NCBI GenBank assembly: GCA_003240625.1
Contig: QFMX01000007.1
Span: forward strand, 84,623 to 148,622
Direction: 5' to 3'
From: Sphingomonas taxi
GTDB lineage: Bacteria; Pseudomonadota; Alphaproteobacteria; Sphingomonadales; Sphingomonadaceae
DNA: 64,000 nucleotides
Shown here one piece after another: positions 62,130 through 64,000 of this stretch (the stretch's first letter is position 1; each line of letters begins with the position of its first letter). A model generated the notes under the pieces. It had not been told where the DNA came from. It did no database searches and was given only the letters and a program-made list of their open reading frames with translations. The position numbers and the translations under genes were made by a program.

Positions 62130-62626
62130 AGCGCAACCCCCTTCTCGGCCATGTAGAAGCGCGCCATCTCCTTGACGACGGGGGGCATGCCGTCGGTGGC
62201 GATCAGCGTCGCGGGGTCCCAGATCTCGATATAATCGAGCACGCCGTAAAAGAACGCATGGCCCTTGATCCCCGCATAGAAGCGCGGGAACGCCGGCATG
62301 ATGAAGCGCCCGGAGCCGTCGAACGGCACCGCTTCGCCCGACGCGGCGGCGCGCTTGATGTTGTAGTCGTATTCGCCGTTCTCGGACGTGTTCTCGGATT
62401 CGCGGCGATCGAGTCGATCGGCGAGGATGTCGACGTAACCGGGATCATACGCGACCAGGCAGCGATTCTTCTGATGCGCGCCGATGATGATGGTCCCGCC
62501 GTCCTTGCCGTTCGCCTTGGGCGCATTTGCGGAGAGGGTGGTGCGGAGTGCCGAAGGGATGGCTACCCGGCCCTTGTCGTCGACAAGGCCGATACCGTCT
62601 CCTTGATAGCGACCACGAACCGACAC
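62126..62626 (-). CDS. mraZ: Division/cell wall cluster repressor MraZ
   Basis: [17 protein letters not shown] and EIWDP motifs. First gene of the dcw cluster. Confidence 0.92.
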   Translation of the reverse strand: MSVRGRYQGDGIGLVDDKGRVAIPSALRTTLSANAPKANGKDGGTIIIGAHQKNRCLVAYDPGYVDILADRLDRRESENTSENGEYDYNIKRAAASGEAVPFDGSGRFIMPAFPRFYAGIKGHAFFYGVLDYIEIWDPATLIATDGMPPVVKEMARFYMAEKGVAL

Positions 62627-62753
62627 GCCAAAACCCTTCGAAATGGCGCACACGTTTCACCATCCCGGAAAGCGACCATCGTCGCGCTCCGGCCGCGCTT
62701 TAAAGCTAACGGTGAACGTGCCCCTATTAACCTCCATCTATCATAGCCATGCG

Positions 62754-62777
62754 GGGACGCAACGGGATTTTTGGGGA
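62754..62777. promoter_or_regulatory. Putative MraZ boxes (GGGA at 10-nt period)
   Basis: GGGA at 62754, 62764 and 62774, plus another phased pair near 62880/62890, upstream of mraZ. Confidence 0.5.
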
Positions 62778-63105
62778 TTGGACGGATTTCACGCCGATTT
62801 CGACGTTCAGTCCGGGGGCAGTCCGGGGGAATTTGCTCGCAGATTGGATGTTACCTGCTGCAGAGCGCGATCAGTCCTGGGGAAATTCGGGGATGGCCGA
62901 GAGGGCAGCGCCTGCCCCGCGGCCGGCGACCGCGAGGGCGCGCCACCCGTCATCAAAGGATGACGCTCGCCCCTCCCTGAAAGGGAGGGGTCGGGGGTGG
63001 GTCGGCTTCCGCATGATCGACCGCCAGTGACCAAAGCGGACCAACCCACCCCCAGCCCCTCCCTTTCAGGGAGGGGAGCGAGATACTGCGGCGCTACGCT
63101 GGCGA

Positions 63106-63204
63106 TTACTGTGCGGGAGCCTGCACGTTCGCGCTCGGTGCCACACCCATCTCCGCGAACGGCTCGCCCGAGCCGGCCACCGCGACGCTGTCAGAATCGA
63201 CCAT
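63106..63204 (-). CDS. 32-aa mini-ORF, copy of upstream gene tail
   Basis: MVDSDSVAVAGSGEPFAEMGVAPSANVQAPAQ. GAGGGA lies 9 nt before the ATG. May be non-coding. Confidence 0.3.
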   Translation of the reverse strand: MVDSDSVAVAGSGEPFAEMGVAPSANVQAPAQ

Positions 63205-63317
63205 GAGCGCTCGTCCCTCGGAGGGCGAAACGAGGGCGCCCCACACGTCATCAAAGGATGACGCTCTCCCCTCCCTGAAAGGGAGGGGAGCGAGATACTG
63301 CGGCACTATGCTGGCAA

Positions 63318-63416
63318 TTACTGTGCGACAGCCTGCACGTTTGCGCTCGGTGCCACGCCCATCTCCGCGAGCGGCTCGCCGGAGCCAGCCACCACGACGC
63401 TGTCAGAATCGACCAT
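63318..63416 (-). CDS. 32-aa mini-ORF, copy of upstream gene tail
   Basis: MVDSDSVVVAGSGEPLAEMGVAPSANVQAVAQ. GAGGGA lies 9 nt before the ATG. May be non-coding. Confidence 0.3.
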   Translation of the reverse strand: MVDSDSVVVAGSGEPLAEMGVAPSANVQAVAQ

Positions 63417-63614
63417 GAGCGCTTGTCCCTCGGAGGGCGAAACGAGGGCGCGCCTCTCGTCATCAAAATACGACGCTCTCCCCTCCCTGGAAGGGAGGGG
63501 TCGGGGGTGGGTCGGCCCGATCGAGCCGCAACGCCGGGCCATGCGGAAACCAACCCACCCCCAGCCCCTCCCTTCCAGGGAGGGGAGCGAGATACTGCGG
63601 CGCTACGCTGGTAA

Positions 63615-63884
63615 TTACTGTGCGGGAGCCTGAACGTTTGCGCTCGGTGCCACACCCATCTCCGCGAGCGGCTCGCCCGAGCCGGCCACCGCGACGCTGT
63701 TCGAAACGACCATGTTCGCTACTACGTCCGCCTGCGCGGTACCCGCGGTGGCGACCGGTCGTTCGCGATTCGTCGAACCGATGATCGCACTCGCCAGTCC
63801 GATCAGCAGCACGACCGCCGCCAGGCCGATCATCCCGACCTTGATGCGCTGCATGGTCTGCGAGGGTTCGTGAGGTACCTTCAT
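63615..63884 (-). CDS. Single-TM hypothetical protein
   Basis: QRIKVGMIGLAAVVLLIGLASAI TM segment and C-terminal EPLAEMGVAP. Confidence 0.75.
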   Translation of the reverse strand: MKVPHEPSQTMQRIKVGMIGLAAVVLLIGLASAIIGSTNRERPVATAGTAQADVVANMVVSNSVAVAGSGEPLAEMGVAPSANVQAPAQ

Positions 63885-63955
63885 CTTACCGCGTTCCGAT
63901 ACCCGACCACCGCCCGCCTGTCGATGCCGGGGCTGTTTTCCGCCGGGCTGGACGC

Positions 63956-64000
63956 TCAAGCGAGGCCCTTCGCCTCGCGCCACGCCGGATCATACAGCGT
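63956..64000 (-). CDS. 3' end of a gene extending beyond the window (TLYDPAWREAKGLA)
   Basis: Open frame to the window edge. Reminiscent of cysteine synthase C-termini but too short to assign. Confidence 0.35.
   Translation of the reverse strand, partial: TLYDPAWREAKGLA

Larger units (their letters stand above)
62932..63713. repeat. Tandem triplication of gene 3' end plus family A element
   Basis: Three aligned copies of a 99-nt coding tail (63106, 63318, 63615). Elements at 62965-63079 (full), 63266-63290 (collapsed) and 63478-63587 (full). Confidence 0.9.

Noticed and set aside
62932..63713. Tandem repeats as a CRISPR array
   Set aside because: Units are over 200 nt, there are no unique spacers and no cas genes. 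It is a segmental triplication.

Overview
GC-rich alphaproteobacterial chromosome segment, very likely Sphingomonas. The inference rests on gene content and on a dcw cluster with no lpxC after ftsZ. Left to right it holds the 3' end of a LanC-like cyclase gene, a Fur-box-preceded PepSY/DUF2271/DUF4198/ApbE operon, stress and metabolic genes (sodC, PfpI, topoisomerase IB, mscS, putA, thiolase, phaZ), an exosortase-A-associated glycosylation block, rnr, argS, DUF1800/DUF1501, dgt, and the full mraZ-to-ftsZ dcw cluster. No rRNA, tRNA, CRISPR array or transposase was recognised. The most interesting signals are not in the ORF track. (1) An unannotated type I toxin-antitoxin-like module at 24068-24341: a 30-aa hydrophobic peptide plus a convergent antisense RNA that copies its SD/start region. 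(2) More than 20 palindromic miniature elements, several inserted in frame into putA, rnr, murD and both ends of murB, or supplying stop codons and SD sequences. (3) A triplicated gene tail at 62932-63713 forming two 32-codon mini-ORFs beside the mraZ promoter. (4) A structured noncoding, transposase-less segment at 33490-33812 resembling IS110-family ends. (5) A set of EcfG-type general stress promoters, including a back-to-back pair. All calls come from reading the sequence and recalled family motifs; no searches were run.
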